Of a DNA stretch of 64,000 bases, positions 45,834-54,346 are shown one piece after another. Where the stretch lies: the NCBI GenBank assembly GCA_019416935.1, contig DXWI01000003.1, forward strand, positions 60,583 through 124,582. Direction: 5' to 3'. Every line of letters begins with the position of its first letter. Position 1 is the first letter of the stretch. The notes under the pieces are model-generated. The model had not been told where the DNA came from. It saw only the letters and a program-made list of their open reading frames with translations, and did not search any database. This DNA is from Clostridiales bacterium. GTDB lineage: Bacteria; Bacillota; Clostridia; Christensenellales; CAG-138. The position numbers and the translations under genes were made by a program.

Positions 45834-46511
45834 CTATTTTTTGAACGGCAGGTAGGGAATCATCTGGGTTGCCAGTTTGGGAACGGTCATGGTCTGCAAG
45901 AACACCTTGCCCGGGCCGGTCACGACCGTATCGAACAGCCCTTCGCCGCCGAGCAGCATGTTCTTGGCGCCCTTGACCATCTGTACGTCCATGGTGCAGG
46001 TCGCATCCATGATCGCCAACACGCCGGTATCGCACACGAGCCGTTCGCCGGGCTGAAGATCGTATTCCTGACAGTAGCCGTCCACCTCAAGGAACACAAG
46101 GCCCGGGCCGGTGATGCGCTGCATGATAAACCCTTCGCCGCCCACAAAGCCGGCACCCAGCTTTTTTTGGAAGTGGATCGCCAGTTCCACGCCATAGGTG
46201 GCGCACAGGAATGCGCGTTTCTGGCAGACGATACTCTCGCCCGGCTGCAGCACCCGCGCCACGATCCTGCCGGGGAAGGAGGAGGCAAATGCAATCTCCG
46301 CCGCGCCCTGCGCGGTGTAGGTGTTCATGAACAGGCTTTCGCCCATAAACATCCGGCCAAGCGCCTTGCCCACGCCGCCCTCGGCCTTCGTTTCGGTCAG
46401 CACCGGACCGCGGGCCCATGTGCGCCCCCCGACCTCGCTCAAAAGCTTTTCGCCGGGATCGAGCTGGATGATGACGGCGGGCAGACTGCCGCCCTCGATG
46501 GAATAGCGCAT
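45834..46511 (-). CDS. AIM24/TIGR00266-family (DUF124) protein
   Basis: 225 aa with an AGGAAAGGAG RBS. SLFMNTYTA, GGEGFIMQRITGPGLVFLE and LLGGEGLFDTVVTGPGKVFLQTM are the repeated beta-rich blocks of this family. Confidence 0.8.
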   Translation of the reverse strand: MRYSIEGGSLPAVIIQLDPGEKLLSEVGGRTWARGPVLTETKAEGGVGKALGRMFMGESLFMNTYTAQGAAEIAFASSFPGRIVARVLQPGESIVCQKRAFLCATYGVELAIHFQKKLGAGFVGGEGFIMQRITGPGLVFLEVDGYCQEYDLQPGERLVCDTGVLAIMDATCTMDVQMVKGAKNMLLGGEGLFDTVVTGPGKVFLQTMTVPKLATQMIPYLPFKK

Positions 46512-46559
46512 GTGTGTTCTCCTTTCCTGTTGGTTCGTGGTTTGTTCCGCCGCTTTGCC

Positions 46560-47510
46560 TCAGCCGACCGCGCCCGCCTGATGTTCCGCATAGTGGGGCG
46601 GAAGCGTATCGTTCTTCTCGTCCCATGCGGCACCCTCCTTGCGCAGGAAAATCTCCACGAGGCAGCCGGATGCGCTGCTGTCATCGGTGCATTCATAGGA
46701 AAAGTAGAGGCTTCCGTCGTCGCTGATTCTGGTTTCAAACAGGCTTTCCTCGTCCTCGGTCAGATAGGTATCCAGCAGCCATGCATCCTGCTCGCCAATG
46801 TCGGGCAGGAGCGTCACATCGCCCTCGGACTCTTCCAGCCACATGGAAAATTCGGGATACGAGGTGTTCCCGTCCTTGTAGAGATCGATGTACTTACGGC
46901 CCGTATCGGTGTTGTTGCCGATCTGCCCGTACATGTCCTGAAAGTCCTCCGCATGGCCGCCCCAGCACTGGCTTTCGCGGATCCAGCCATACCAGCTGCC
47001 GGTGAGCACCTCGTCCGGCACGCCGACAAACGTGTTTACACCCTGAAATGCTTCCTCAATGGAACCCGCGACCACCACGCCGTCGTTGACTCCGACGAGT
47101 CCGGAACCGACGCCATCGGATGCTGCGTTGCCGCCCGTACCGTCAGCTGAGGGGGCACTTTGTCCCTCCTTGACAAAGCGGATGTTCATATCGCCGTATT
47201 TCACGTCGATCACGCCGTTCTTAAGCGTGCCCTCCATGGCGTTCTCCATGCCCAGGAAGCTCACGGTGCCGCTGAAGTTCTCACCGTCAAGCTTCCACTT
47301 GAGGTCAAACTCAAAGCCGGAATAGTATGTGCCCTTGCCGCCCTTTTTCAGCTCCAGCCAGCTCTCCTCCGCCGGCGCCTGCAATTCTCCGTCAAAGTAG
47401 CTTTCGCCCGTGCAGAGGTACTTGCCGGTTACATCCTCGCCCTTGTCGCCGCAGGCGGTCAGGGTCAGCAGCATCAACAGCGCCAGCAGCGCGGCAATCA
47501 TTTTTTTCAT
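46560..47510 (-). CDS. hypothetical lipoprotein
   Basis: 316 aa from ATG 47510 (AGAGGAG RBS). MKKMIAALLALLMLLTLTAC lipobox. Confidence 0.6.
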   Translation of the reverse strand: MKKMIAALLALLMLLTLTACGDKGEDVTGKYLCTGESYFDGELQAPAEESWLELKKGGKGTYYSGFEFDLKWKLDGENFSGTVSFLGMENAMEGTLKNGVIDVKYGDMNIRFVKEGQSAPSADGTGGNAASDGVGSGLVGVNDGVVVAGSIEEAFQGVNTFVGVPDEVLTGSWYGWIRESQCWGGHAEDFQDMYGQIGNNTDTGRKYIDLYKDGNTSYPEFSMWLEESEGDVTLLPDIGEQDAWLLDTYLTEDEESLFETRISDDGSLYFSYECTDDSSASGCLVEIFLRKEGAAWDEKNDTLPPHYAEHQAGAVG

Positions 47511-47617
47511 ATCTGTACTCCTCTTTTTTGAAATAATTCGTTTGGGTCGTGGAAGCAAATTTTTCTGCGTCACAGGCTCACACGTCGCGGCCCTGATTGC
47601 TTCTGTCGACCGGGTTG

Positions 47618-49477
47618 CTATTTGAGCAGGCCAGAGGTATACGACATACTGCTCCAGTATTCATAGCCGTTGTCCGCAACTTTGAAGTTGATGGCAATAT
47701 ACTCGCCTGTCGGGGCAGACCACTGATACATGTGTCCGTTCCCTTCTCGCCAGTTGGCGCTGTCCGTCATCGGAAGACCGTGCACATAGCCCATCATGTC
47801 GTAAACATCGCCGTAGGTGACCTCGGTACGATGCTCATCGCAGTATTTTCCCGTAGCGATCAGGGTATCCAGCGACACGATGCCGTCCGCATCTGCTTCG
47901 GATTGACCGTAATCGCTCGCAGCCTCCTGCGGTTCCGCCTGACCGTCCGTTGATGCGCCTTCTCCGCCGGCTTCGGGCTCTGCTACGTCCGCATAGCCGA
48001 CGGGGGCAAACCCGTAGGGGGGCAGCTCGCCGTTCGCAACCGCTTCGTTATAGCGGTCAATTGCGGGCGGGACGATCGCGAAATCGCTGTCGATCTCCTT
48101 CTGCCAGCTTGCGCCCCACGGCTTCATGAACAGCGAATAGCTGAACGTGCCGTTGTCTGTTTGAATTTCATCGCCCATCACATACTGATCCGGGTAATCG
48201 GGCATGGGCAGGAACATCCAGTTGTAAGCGTACATATCCATGCCCGCAACATTGCCGTCAACGGCGTTCAGACCGGTCTCAGTGGCCTCGCAGTTGGCGA
48301 GCGCAAATGCCGTTTCGCTGCCGTCAAGATACACGGCAAAGGTGCCCTTGCCCTCCGCGTCCACATCAACCACCATGTAGGCGTTATAAAAATCGCACGG
48401 CACCGTCTCAAACTCCCCGGTCGCCTCGCTCACATACATGCAGCCATACCAGGTGCCGGTCCACTGCCGCTGCAGTTCGCTTGCCGCGCCGCTACCGGCA
48501 CTGCCCTCCGGCAGACCGTCCGTGCCGGCGGAGCCGGGATTCGCGGGCGTGAAGCCGCCCTCTTTTTCAAACGTCATTGCAACGCCCATATCCAGCATGT
48601 TTTCAAGCGTCATGACGCCGTTTGCGAGCGTGCCGTCGCAGTCGAGGCCGCCGCCCTTGACGTGGAACACGCCGTTCTCCAGCGTCCATTTTCCGCTGCC
48701 CTTCGTGCCGTCTACGTTCATGGTGCATTTGCCGTTGCTCTTGAGTTCGATTGTCACGCCGTTCTCAAACAGATCGGTAATATCCATCTCTATGCCCAGC
48801 ATCTCCGCCGTGGTGGCGGTATACAGGCCGAGGTTGGGATCGTCCGCCGCGTCGCCGCCGCCCTTTCCACCGAGAACACAGATCAGCACGATGGCAAGGA
48901 TCACGGCCAGCACCGCGCCGCCGATGATGAACAGCAGCTTTTTGTTCATGGGCTTTTTCTGCTTGGGCGCCGTAAAAACGGGCTGGGCCTTGGGCCGCCC
49001 GGCGCCGCCCTGCACCGCATCGCTCTGCTGCGCCGGGGGCGTGTAGGTCTGTTGATTCCCCTGCGGTGCATAGTCCTGCTGCGCCGGGGGCGTATAGGTC
49101 TGCTGATTCCCCTGCGGTGCATAGTCCTGCTGCGCCGGGGGCGTATAGGTCTGCTGATTCCCCTGCGGTGCATAGTCCTGCTGCACCGGGGGCGTATAGG
49201 TCTGTTGATTCCCCTGCGGTGCGTAGCCCTGCTGCACCGGGGGCGTGTAGGTCTGCTGATTCCCCTGCGGTGCATGGTCCTGCTGCACCGGGGGCGTATA
49301 CCCTCCCTGCTGTTGCAGCACTTGGGGCGCCTTGATCGGCTCCTGAACGGGGATCTCCGGTTCCGGCGCTATGGGCGAAGCCGCGGCTGGCTTGGGCGTT
49401 TCATACTTTGTTCCGCAATTCGTGCAGAACTTAGAGCCTTCCTGTAGCTGCGCACCGCAGTTTGAGCAAAAAGCCAT
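47618..49477 (-). CDS. zinc-ribbon / repeat / single-TM protein with large extracytoplasmic domain
   Basis: 619 aa with an AAGGAGG RBS. MAFCSNCGAQLQEGSKFCTNCG, then five 17-aa Q/P/Y-rich repeats and a TM helix LLFIIGGAVLAVILAIVLICVLGG. About 400 aa follow with no family recognised. Confidence 0.7.
   Translation of the reverse strand: MAFCSNCGAQLQEGSKFCTNCGTKYETPKPAAASPIAPEPEIPVQEPIKAPQVLQQQGGYTPPVQQDHAPQGNQQTYTPPVQQGYAPQGNQQTYTPPVQQDYAPQGNQQTYTPPAQQDYAPQGNQQTYTPPAQQDYAPQGNQQTYTPPAQQSDAVQGGAGRPKAQPVFTAPKQKKPMNKKLLFIIGGAVLAVILAIVLICVLGGKGGGDAADDPNLGLYTATTAEMLGIEMDITDLFENGVTIELKSNGKCTMNVDGTKGSGKWTLENGVFHVKGGGLDCDGTLANGVMTLENMLDMGVAMTFEKEGGFTPANPGSAGTDGLPEGSAGSGAASELQRQWTGTWYGCMYVSEATGEFETVPCDFYNAYMVVDVDAEGKGTFAVYLDGSETAFALANCEATETGLNAVDGNVAGMDMYAYNWMFLPMPDYPDQYVMGDEIQTDNGTFSYSLFMKPWGASWQKEIDSDFAIVPPAIDRYNEAVANGELPPYGFAPVGYADVAEPEAGGEGASTDGQAEPQEAASDYGQSEADADGIVSLDTLIATGKYCDEHRTEVTYGDVYDMMGYVHGLPMTDSANWREGNGHMYQWSAPTGEYIAINFKVADNGYEYWSSMSYTSGLLK
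49025..49300. repeat. 51-bp tandem repeat, about 5.4 copies, inside the zinc-ribbon gene
   Basis: The unit CTGCTGC(G/A)CCGGGGGCGT(G/A)TAGGTCTG(T/C)TGATTCCCCTGCGGTGCATAGTC starts at 49025, 49076, 49127, 49178 and 49229, with a partial copy at 49280. It encodes YAPQGNQQTYTPP(V/A)QQ(D/G). Confidence 0.85.
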
Positions 49478-49502
49478 GTGGGAGTTCCTCCTTTATGATG
49501 CT

Positions 49503-49958
49503 TCATTTCTTGATTTGACGAAATAACCGTGCAGGCGGGCATCCGTTGACGGCACGGATATGGAGCTGCCGCTTCCCCGCCGCGCCGTTGGAAACGGGAT
49601 CGCGGCAGGCGCTTACTGGCTCCCCTAGCTCCTTCAGCCGCCCGGCACAGCCGCAGCACATATCCAGATCGCTGCAAATGAGAAAGCAACGATCGCAGAC
49701 CAGCCGTTTGCAAATCGGGCAGAGGTTGAAGTGCTCCAGCGCCTGCTTCACCGCGAGCATTTTCGCCCACGCTCTCTCCCTTTGGTACATCGCCTCGTAG
49801 ACGATGCGCTTTTCTTCCGTTGAGGGCGAGTCTCCTGCCTTTGAAAAAGCGATGGGCTTGCTCTTCCAGAGCTCCCCGCACTGCCCACATTGCAGAGAAT
49901 AGCAAAACGCACGCTCGGTGGAGCGGTCCACGAGCGCTTGTTCCAATAGCTGCTTCAA
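49503..49958 (-). CDS. Cys-rich hypothetical protein
   Basis: Start proposed at TTG 49958 (GGGGGGAGGAA 6 nt upstream), giving 151 aa. Contains CYSLQCGQCG and CPICKRLVCDRCFLICSDLDMCCGC. The track ORF extends to 50033. Confidence 0.5.
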   Translation of the reverse strand: MKQLLEQALVDRSTERAFCYSLQCGQCGELWKSKPIAFSKAGDSPSTEEKRIVYEAMYQRERAWAKMLAVKQALEHFNLCPICKRLVCDRCFLICSDLDMCCGCAGRLKELGEPVSACRDPVSNGAAGKRQLHIRAVNGCPPARLFRQIKK

Positions 49959-50134
49959 ACCAAATTCCTCCCCCCTCGACAGGCCTGCCGGCAGAATGGA
50001 TGCATAGAACAGACAGGATTCTCTATGACACAATGGGATTCATCATTTCAATTAAACATAAATACGGGGTGAAATCCTAGTAGCGCGTGACTACTCTTTG
50101 CGCCAAACGGCAAATGGTATCCTATGACTACCAT

Positions 50135-50172
50135 ATAAAAAACCGCCGGAATTCAAACGAATTTCGGCGGTT
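50135..50172 (-). terminator. strong rho-independent terminator after the LuxR-type gene
   Basis: Minus strand reads AACCGCCGAAATTC GTTT GAATTCCGGCGGTT (one mismatch), followed by TTTTTTAT. Confidence 0.7.
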
Positions 50173-50186
50173 CAAGATGTCCAACT

Positions 50187-51788
50187 CTATTTTTTGATGT
50201 CATCGAGGCAATCGCAGCGCCGGAACAAATCGATATAGAGCATCAATTCATCCCGGGAGGCGACGTGGAGCTTCCGGTACAGGTTGCCGTTGTGCTTGCG
50301 CACCGTCGCCATGCTGATATAGGCAAGGCCGGGAATCTCCTCAATCTCATGCCCATCGATATAATAGTGTAATATCCCCCGTTCGGAGGCGGTCAGCGTC
50401 CCTATACGCTCGGCAAAATCCCGGAACAGCACGGCGATGCCCGGCGGCAGCGTTTCCTTTCCGATGGCATGCTCCTGTGTTTTGGATTGTACAAAGGCGA
50501 TGAGTTCATCGATCTCGCAAATGCCGGAGCGCTGTCCGGCAAACGGCTGTTCGGTCTGGATGGCCTCCAGACTCTGGGTGATCGGGCGCACAAACCGGCT
50601 CGACAGGAGCAGGGACAACCCGATCATCAGCAGCAGAATAACGAGCGAAACCAGCACCAGACGCGCCCTGCTTTGGGCTGCGGCCTGATGGACGCCGGCG
50701 GCGGGAACGAGCGTTACCAGTTGGAACGGCAGGCCGTCCGCATCCGCTATCTCCACCGACTGGTGCATGCCGACATAGGATTCGCCCCCCACTGTGTATA
50801 TATTGTATCGGTTGCCGCGCTCCACCGCAAGGGAACCGCTTGCCTCCAGATAGCTTCCGTCGGTGCCGCCCAGCATCGCTTGATCGAGCGCGATCTCGTC
50901 CGTTCCGGCCGGCGCGATCAGCGTCATCATATTTCCATAGGGACTGCTCAGGCCGGGGTACAGCAGTTTGAAGTACAGCTCGCTGATCTCAACGCCACAC
51001 AACCCGCACACCCTGCCTCCGCCATCCAGTATGGGCACGCACAGCAGCATGGCGCTTTCCCATGTGTCCTTCAGCGGTATCTTTTCGGTCCAGTAGGACG
51101 CAGCGGCAAGCCGGCTGACGGTCTGCCCCATGCGCTCCGCATAGCCGGGAATGAGCGCGCTGTCAAACTCCAGATTCCAGCGGTTGTGCAGTTGGACGCC
51201 ATCGGTGCGGGCGATATCCGGGATGCCGCGATAGTAGGTGAGCTCCTGTCCCGGCCGGCTCTGCGCACTAATGTTCGCAGCCCGGAGGTAGACGCCGCTG
51301 CGGGAAACCGGGGCGGTTTTTGCGCGGGTATTGGTCGTGGCGTCCAGCACGGCGAACGCTCCGCTGCAGCGGCTGACCAGCATGGTGGCGTTGAGCGGCG
51401 CGTACAAATCCTCCTGTATTTCCAGCAGCGCGTCGGGGTTGTCGTTCAGCTCCGCAAAGGTGATGCCGCGCGCCTGCAGCGACGTTTGGAGGCTCCGGGA
51501 AATCTCCTCCGACATCGCGATCGAACGCGCCGCCAGTTCATCCGTCTTTACCGCGAGCGCCGCAGCGCTGCCGGCCTGCTGCACGGACAGCAGATCGCCC
51601 ACGCGCCGCTCAGCGTCCGAAAACACGCCGAGCAGGCTGAAAACCAGCAAAAAGCCCGCAAACACGGACAGCGCCATACAGGCCCAGTAGAGCGTCAGCC
51701 TGCGCTGCATGCCCACGCCCTGCTCTTTCGCAGCGAGCCGCATTTCCCTCAGCTTTGCAATCAAAGGCGTTTCACCTCCCCGGCCCAT
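50187..51788 (-). CDS. membrane-anchored LuxR-family one-component regulator with extracytoplasmic sensor domain
   Basis: Two TM helices (LYWACMALSVFAGFLLVF and LVLVSLVILLLMIGLSLLL) flank a domain of about 300 aa. C-terminal LuxR HTH: LTASERGILHYYIDGHEIEEIPGLAYISMATVRKHNGNLYRKL. Start is uncertain (51788, 51743 or 51710). Confidence 0.7.
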   Translation of the reverse strand: MGRGGETPLIAKLREMRLAAKEQGVGMQRRLTLYWACMALSVFAGFLLVFSLLGVFSDAERRVGDLLSVQQAGSAAALAVKTDELAARSIAMSEEISRSLQTSLQARGITFAELNDNPDALLEIQEDLYAPLNATMLVSRCSGAFAVLDATTNTRAKTAPVSRSGVYLRAANISAQSRPGQELTYYRGIPDIARTDGVQLHNRWNLEFDSALIPGYAERMGQTVSRLAAASYWTEKIPLKDTWESAMLLCVPILDGGGRVCGLCGVEISELYFKLLYPGLSSPYGNMMTLIAPAGTDEIALDQAMLGGTDGSYLEASGSLAVERGNRYNIYTVGGESYVGMHQSVEIADADGLPFQLVTLVPAAGVHQAAAQSRARLVLVSLVILLLMIGLSLLLSSRFVRPITQSLEAIQTEQPFAGQRSGICEIDELIAFVQSKTQEHAIGKETLPPGIAVLFRDFAERIGTLTASERGILHYYIDGHEIEEIPGLAYISMATVRKHNGNLYRKLHVASRDELMLYIDLFRRCDCLDDIKK

Positions 51789-53178
51789 GCGAAAAACCTT
51801 CCTTGAGCGCGTCCTTTAAGCGTTCCGACGCGCGCTCCATGGTATCATCGTCCCGGACATACTGGCTCCGACCGGAGAGCAGGATGCTCCGCACCAGATC
51901 TTCAAAGCGCTCCTCGTGATCGAGATAGGTTTCGAGCTGCGGCGGGGTATAGAACGCATATTCCTGCTGGGTTTTGACAAAGGTCTCATAGAGCTGGATA
52001 TATTTGTCGCTGTCCAGCGCCCGGATGGCGGTCGGCAGATAGACGTCAAAGGACGCCTGCTTGACCGGCATATAGCCCATCCGCGTTACAAACTCCACGT
52101 TCCGCTGCGCGTCCGTCAGCCATTCGAGGAACGTCATGCAGGCGCGCTCCCGCTCCGGGGTGGATTTTACGGTGCAGATTCCCGCGCCCCGCTGCATGAC
52201 CAACCACGCGCCGCCGGCAAATACGGGGCACGGGCGCACCAGCCACTCCACGTCCTCGGACGTGTTGTCGGAATAGGTTACGACGTCCGAAAAGTACAGT
52301 ACACTGGCGGAGGAGGCAATGGAGACGATGGCGTCCGCCGTGCGCAGCGGCTCCGTGGCATAGCCGCCCTTGAGCCAGAGCCCGCCGGACAGCGCCGCCT
52401 CGGCGTAGGGCGCCCACACCCGGTCAAAGGCTGGGCCGAAGGCAATGGAGTCGCCGTCAAAGAAGGATTCGCCGAGCGATTCGACCCCCACCTGAAAATA
52501 GTTGAAGTGGAAATCGTGTACCAGCATTGCCTTTGCGTCATCCGCAATATCCGGGGTTTTGGCATCCGTCCATTCTGCATACCGAACGGCAGCGGCAAAC
52601 AGTCCCTCCCATGTATCCAGATCGCTGATCGCTATGCCCGTATCCGCGCTGAATCGATCGAATATGGTCTTGTTGATGTACATGACCTCCGTGGATTTCG
52701 CCACGGGCAGTACGGCGAGACGACCGTTCACCATGCCCTCCTCCAGAAAGGAGGGCACAAAGCCGGAGAGCGACTGCTCCGACAGGGTATCCCTGTAATC
52801 CACAAGCACGCCGTCGTCCGGCATGGCCAGCACGGTTTTGGGATATGCCACGAACATATCCGGCAGCGCCGACGCACCGGGATCGCCGTAGGCCGAGGCA
52901 AGGATGAATTCATGGATGGTCTTGTTGTTGGATACGAGCGGAACCTCCACCCGGATACCCTGCTCTTTGCCGGTGGTCTGATTGAAGACGTCGATCATAT
53001 CGTTGAGCGGCGAATCCGTCTGCCCGCCGTAAACATGCCACAGCGTGATCGTTACGGGCTGCTCCTTCGCTTTTTCGCTGCCCGCGCAGGCGCCGAAAGC
53101 CGGCAGCAGGCACAGCAGCAGACACAGGCACAAAAGCGCCGTTTTGGGCGCGGTTTTCTTTTTATTTATTGCAGGCAT
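51772..53178 (-). CDS. extracellular solute-binding lipoprotein (family 1)
   Basis: 468 aa with lipobox FGAC. VTITLWHVYGG ... PDMFVAYP are typical of sugar-type SBPs. No permease or ATPase lies next to it. Confidence 0.75.
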   Translation of the reverse strand: MPAINKKKTAPKTALLCLCLLLCLLPAFGACAGSEKAKEQPVTITLWHVYGGQTDSPLNDMIDVFNQTTGKEQGIRVEVPLVSNNKTIHEFILASAYGDPGASALPDMFVAYPKTVLAMPDDGVLVDYRDTLSEQSLSGFVPSFLEEGMVNGRLAVLPVAKSTEVMYINKTIFDRFSADTGIAISDLDTWEGLFAAAVRYAEWTDAKTPDIADDAKAMLVHDFHFNYFQVGVESLGESFFDGDSIAFGPAFDRVWAPYAEAALSGGLWLKGGYATEPLRTADAIVSIASSASVLYFSDVVTYSDNTSEDVEWLVRPCPVFAGGAWLVMQRGAGICTVKSTPERERACMTFLEWLTDAQRNVEFVTRMGYMPVKQASFDVYLPTAIRALDSDKYIQLYETFVKTQQEYAFYTPPQLETYLDHEERFEDLVRSILLSGRSQYVRDDDTMERASERLKDALKEGFSHGPGR

Positions 53179-53190
53179 CGGCCGTCCCTC

Positions 53191-53577
53191 CTACAGTGCG
53201 TCCATCATGGCCACCAGGAAGCTCGCGCTCGTGGAGCCATAGATAAATTGGTCGATCAGTCCTTCCTTTTTTGCGCGGCGCACCTGCTTTGCCAGCTCTT
53301 TCTCAGAGTTCTCGTCCACTAAAAGAACGACCTTGCATGTCGGAACCGCGCGCTTTACAGCGTTGCCGATGCTGAGCCGTTCGTCCAGCGTATACGGTCC
53401 ATATCGCGTGACCTCCATCAGCAGCGCATACGCGGAGAGGATGTTGCAATACCGGAGAATCTCCCCGGGCCGGCTGATGTTTTGTACCGCAAAGTCGCTC
53501 CCGCTGTCGCTGCGCAGTGCCTGCGCCACGGCGTCGGCGAAAACAAAATCCTTCATGTTCACAATCACTTGCCGCAT
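53191..53577 (-). CDS. receiver-like (pseudo-receiver) small protein
   Basis: 128 aa. Alternating beta/alpha pattern VIVNM..., ALLMEV, KVVLLVDE. Glu sits where a phospho-accepting Asp is expected (my alignment by eye). Confidence 0.45.
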   Translation of the reverse strand: MRQVIVNMKDFVFADAVAQALRSDSGSDFAVQNISRPGEILRYCNILSAYALLMEVTRYGPYTLDERLSIGNAVKRAVPTCKVVLLVDENSEKELAKQVRRAKKEGLIDQFIYGSTSASFLVAMMDAL

Positions 53578-53719
53578 AATATTCCGCCCGCTTTTCGCAA
53601 GATTGGACGTTCTACCCCATCCTTACCGTCATTATGACCGACAGTGCGGCGCTTCGCCCTATCAGAAATGATAGTTTTATGGTTAAAACCGTTGCCGCCC
53701 CGGGCGCAATATGCGCCTT

Positions 53720-54343
53720 CTAAAACCCCGGCACGATCAAATCCTTGTTGATGACGTCGCAGGCGAGACTCACGCGGTTGGTATAGCCCGTTTTTTCAAA
53801 CAGCTCCTTGATGTGCCAGCGCACGGCGGATACGCTGATATGCAGCTCGCCGGCTATGGCCGCATCCGGCAATCCACGCACGAGCAGCCGCAGCACCGCA
53901 AGATCTCCGGGCGTGAATGCGGCCGATGTGGTGTTGCCGATCCGTACCTCGGGCGCTTTATCGGGATAGACGGATTCGCCCCGCATGGTGCGGTCCATCA
54001 CCGCCAGCAGATCCTCCGGGCTGCTCTCCTTGTACCAGAAGCTCTCCGCGCCCGCCTGCCTCGCCTTTTGCAGAAACCCGGCGTCCGCCATGGAGGTGAC
54101 GATGACGATCTTGATATTCGGCATATGGCGCTTGATCTCTGCCGCCGCGTCCAGCCCGCTCTCGTTGTTTTCGGTGCACACGTCCATCAAAATGATATCC
54201 ACGGGACAGCGCATACATGTCATTTCCGCCATGCCCGCGTTTGCAATGGACGCCGCGAGCCGGTAGCGTCCGCTTGCGGCGATATATCCCTCAAGGCATT
54301 CGCGCGACATCTTTTTATCCTCTACCAGCAGTACATTGCGCAT
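53720..54343 (-). CDS. NarL/LuxR-family response regulator
   Basis: 207 aa. VLLVEDKK, IILMDV (acceptor Asp) and IVIVTS. C-terminal LTPGDLAVLRLLVRGLPDAAIAGELHISVSAVRWHIKELFEK. Confidence 0.85.
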   Translation of the reverse strand: MRNVLLVEDKKMSRECLEGYIAASGRYRLAASIANAGMAEMTCMRCPVDIILMDVCTENNESGLDAAAEIKRHMPNIKIVIVTSMADAGFLQKARQAGAESFWYKESSPEDLLAVMDRTMRGESVYPDKAPEVRIGNTTSAAFTPGDLAVLRLLVRGLPDAAIAGELHISVSAVRWHIKELFEKTGYTNRVSLACDVINKDLIVPGF

Positions 54344-54346
54344 GGA

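Noticed and set aside
49025-49300. A regularly spaced 51-bp repeat array that could superficially resemble a CRISPR array
   Set aside because: The units are contiguous with no unique spacers. They are in frame inside a gene with an RBS and a zinc-ribbon N-terminus, and they encode a 17-aa peptide repeat.
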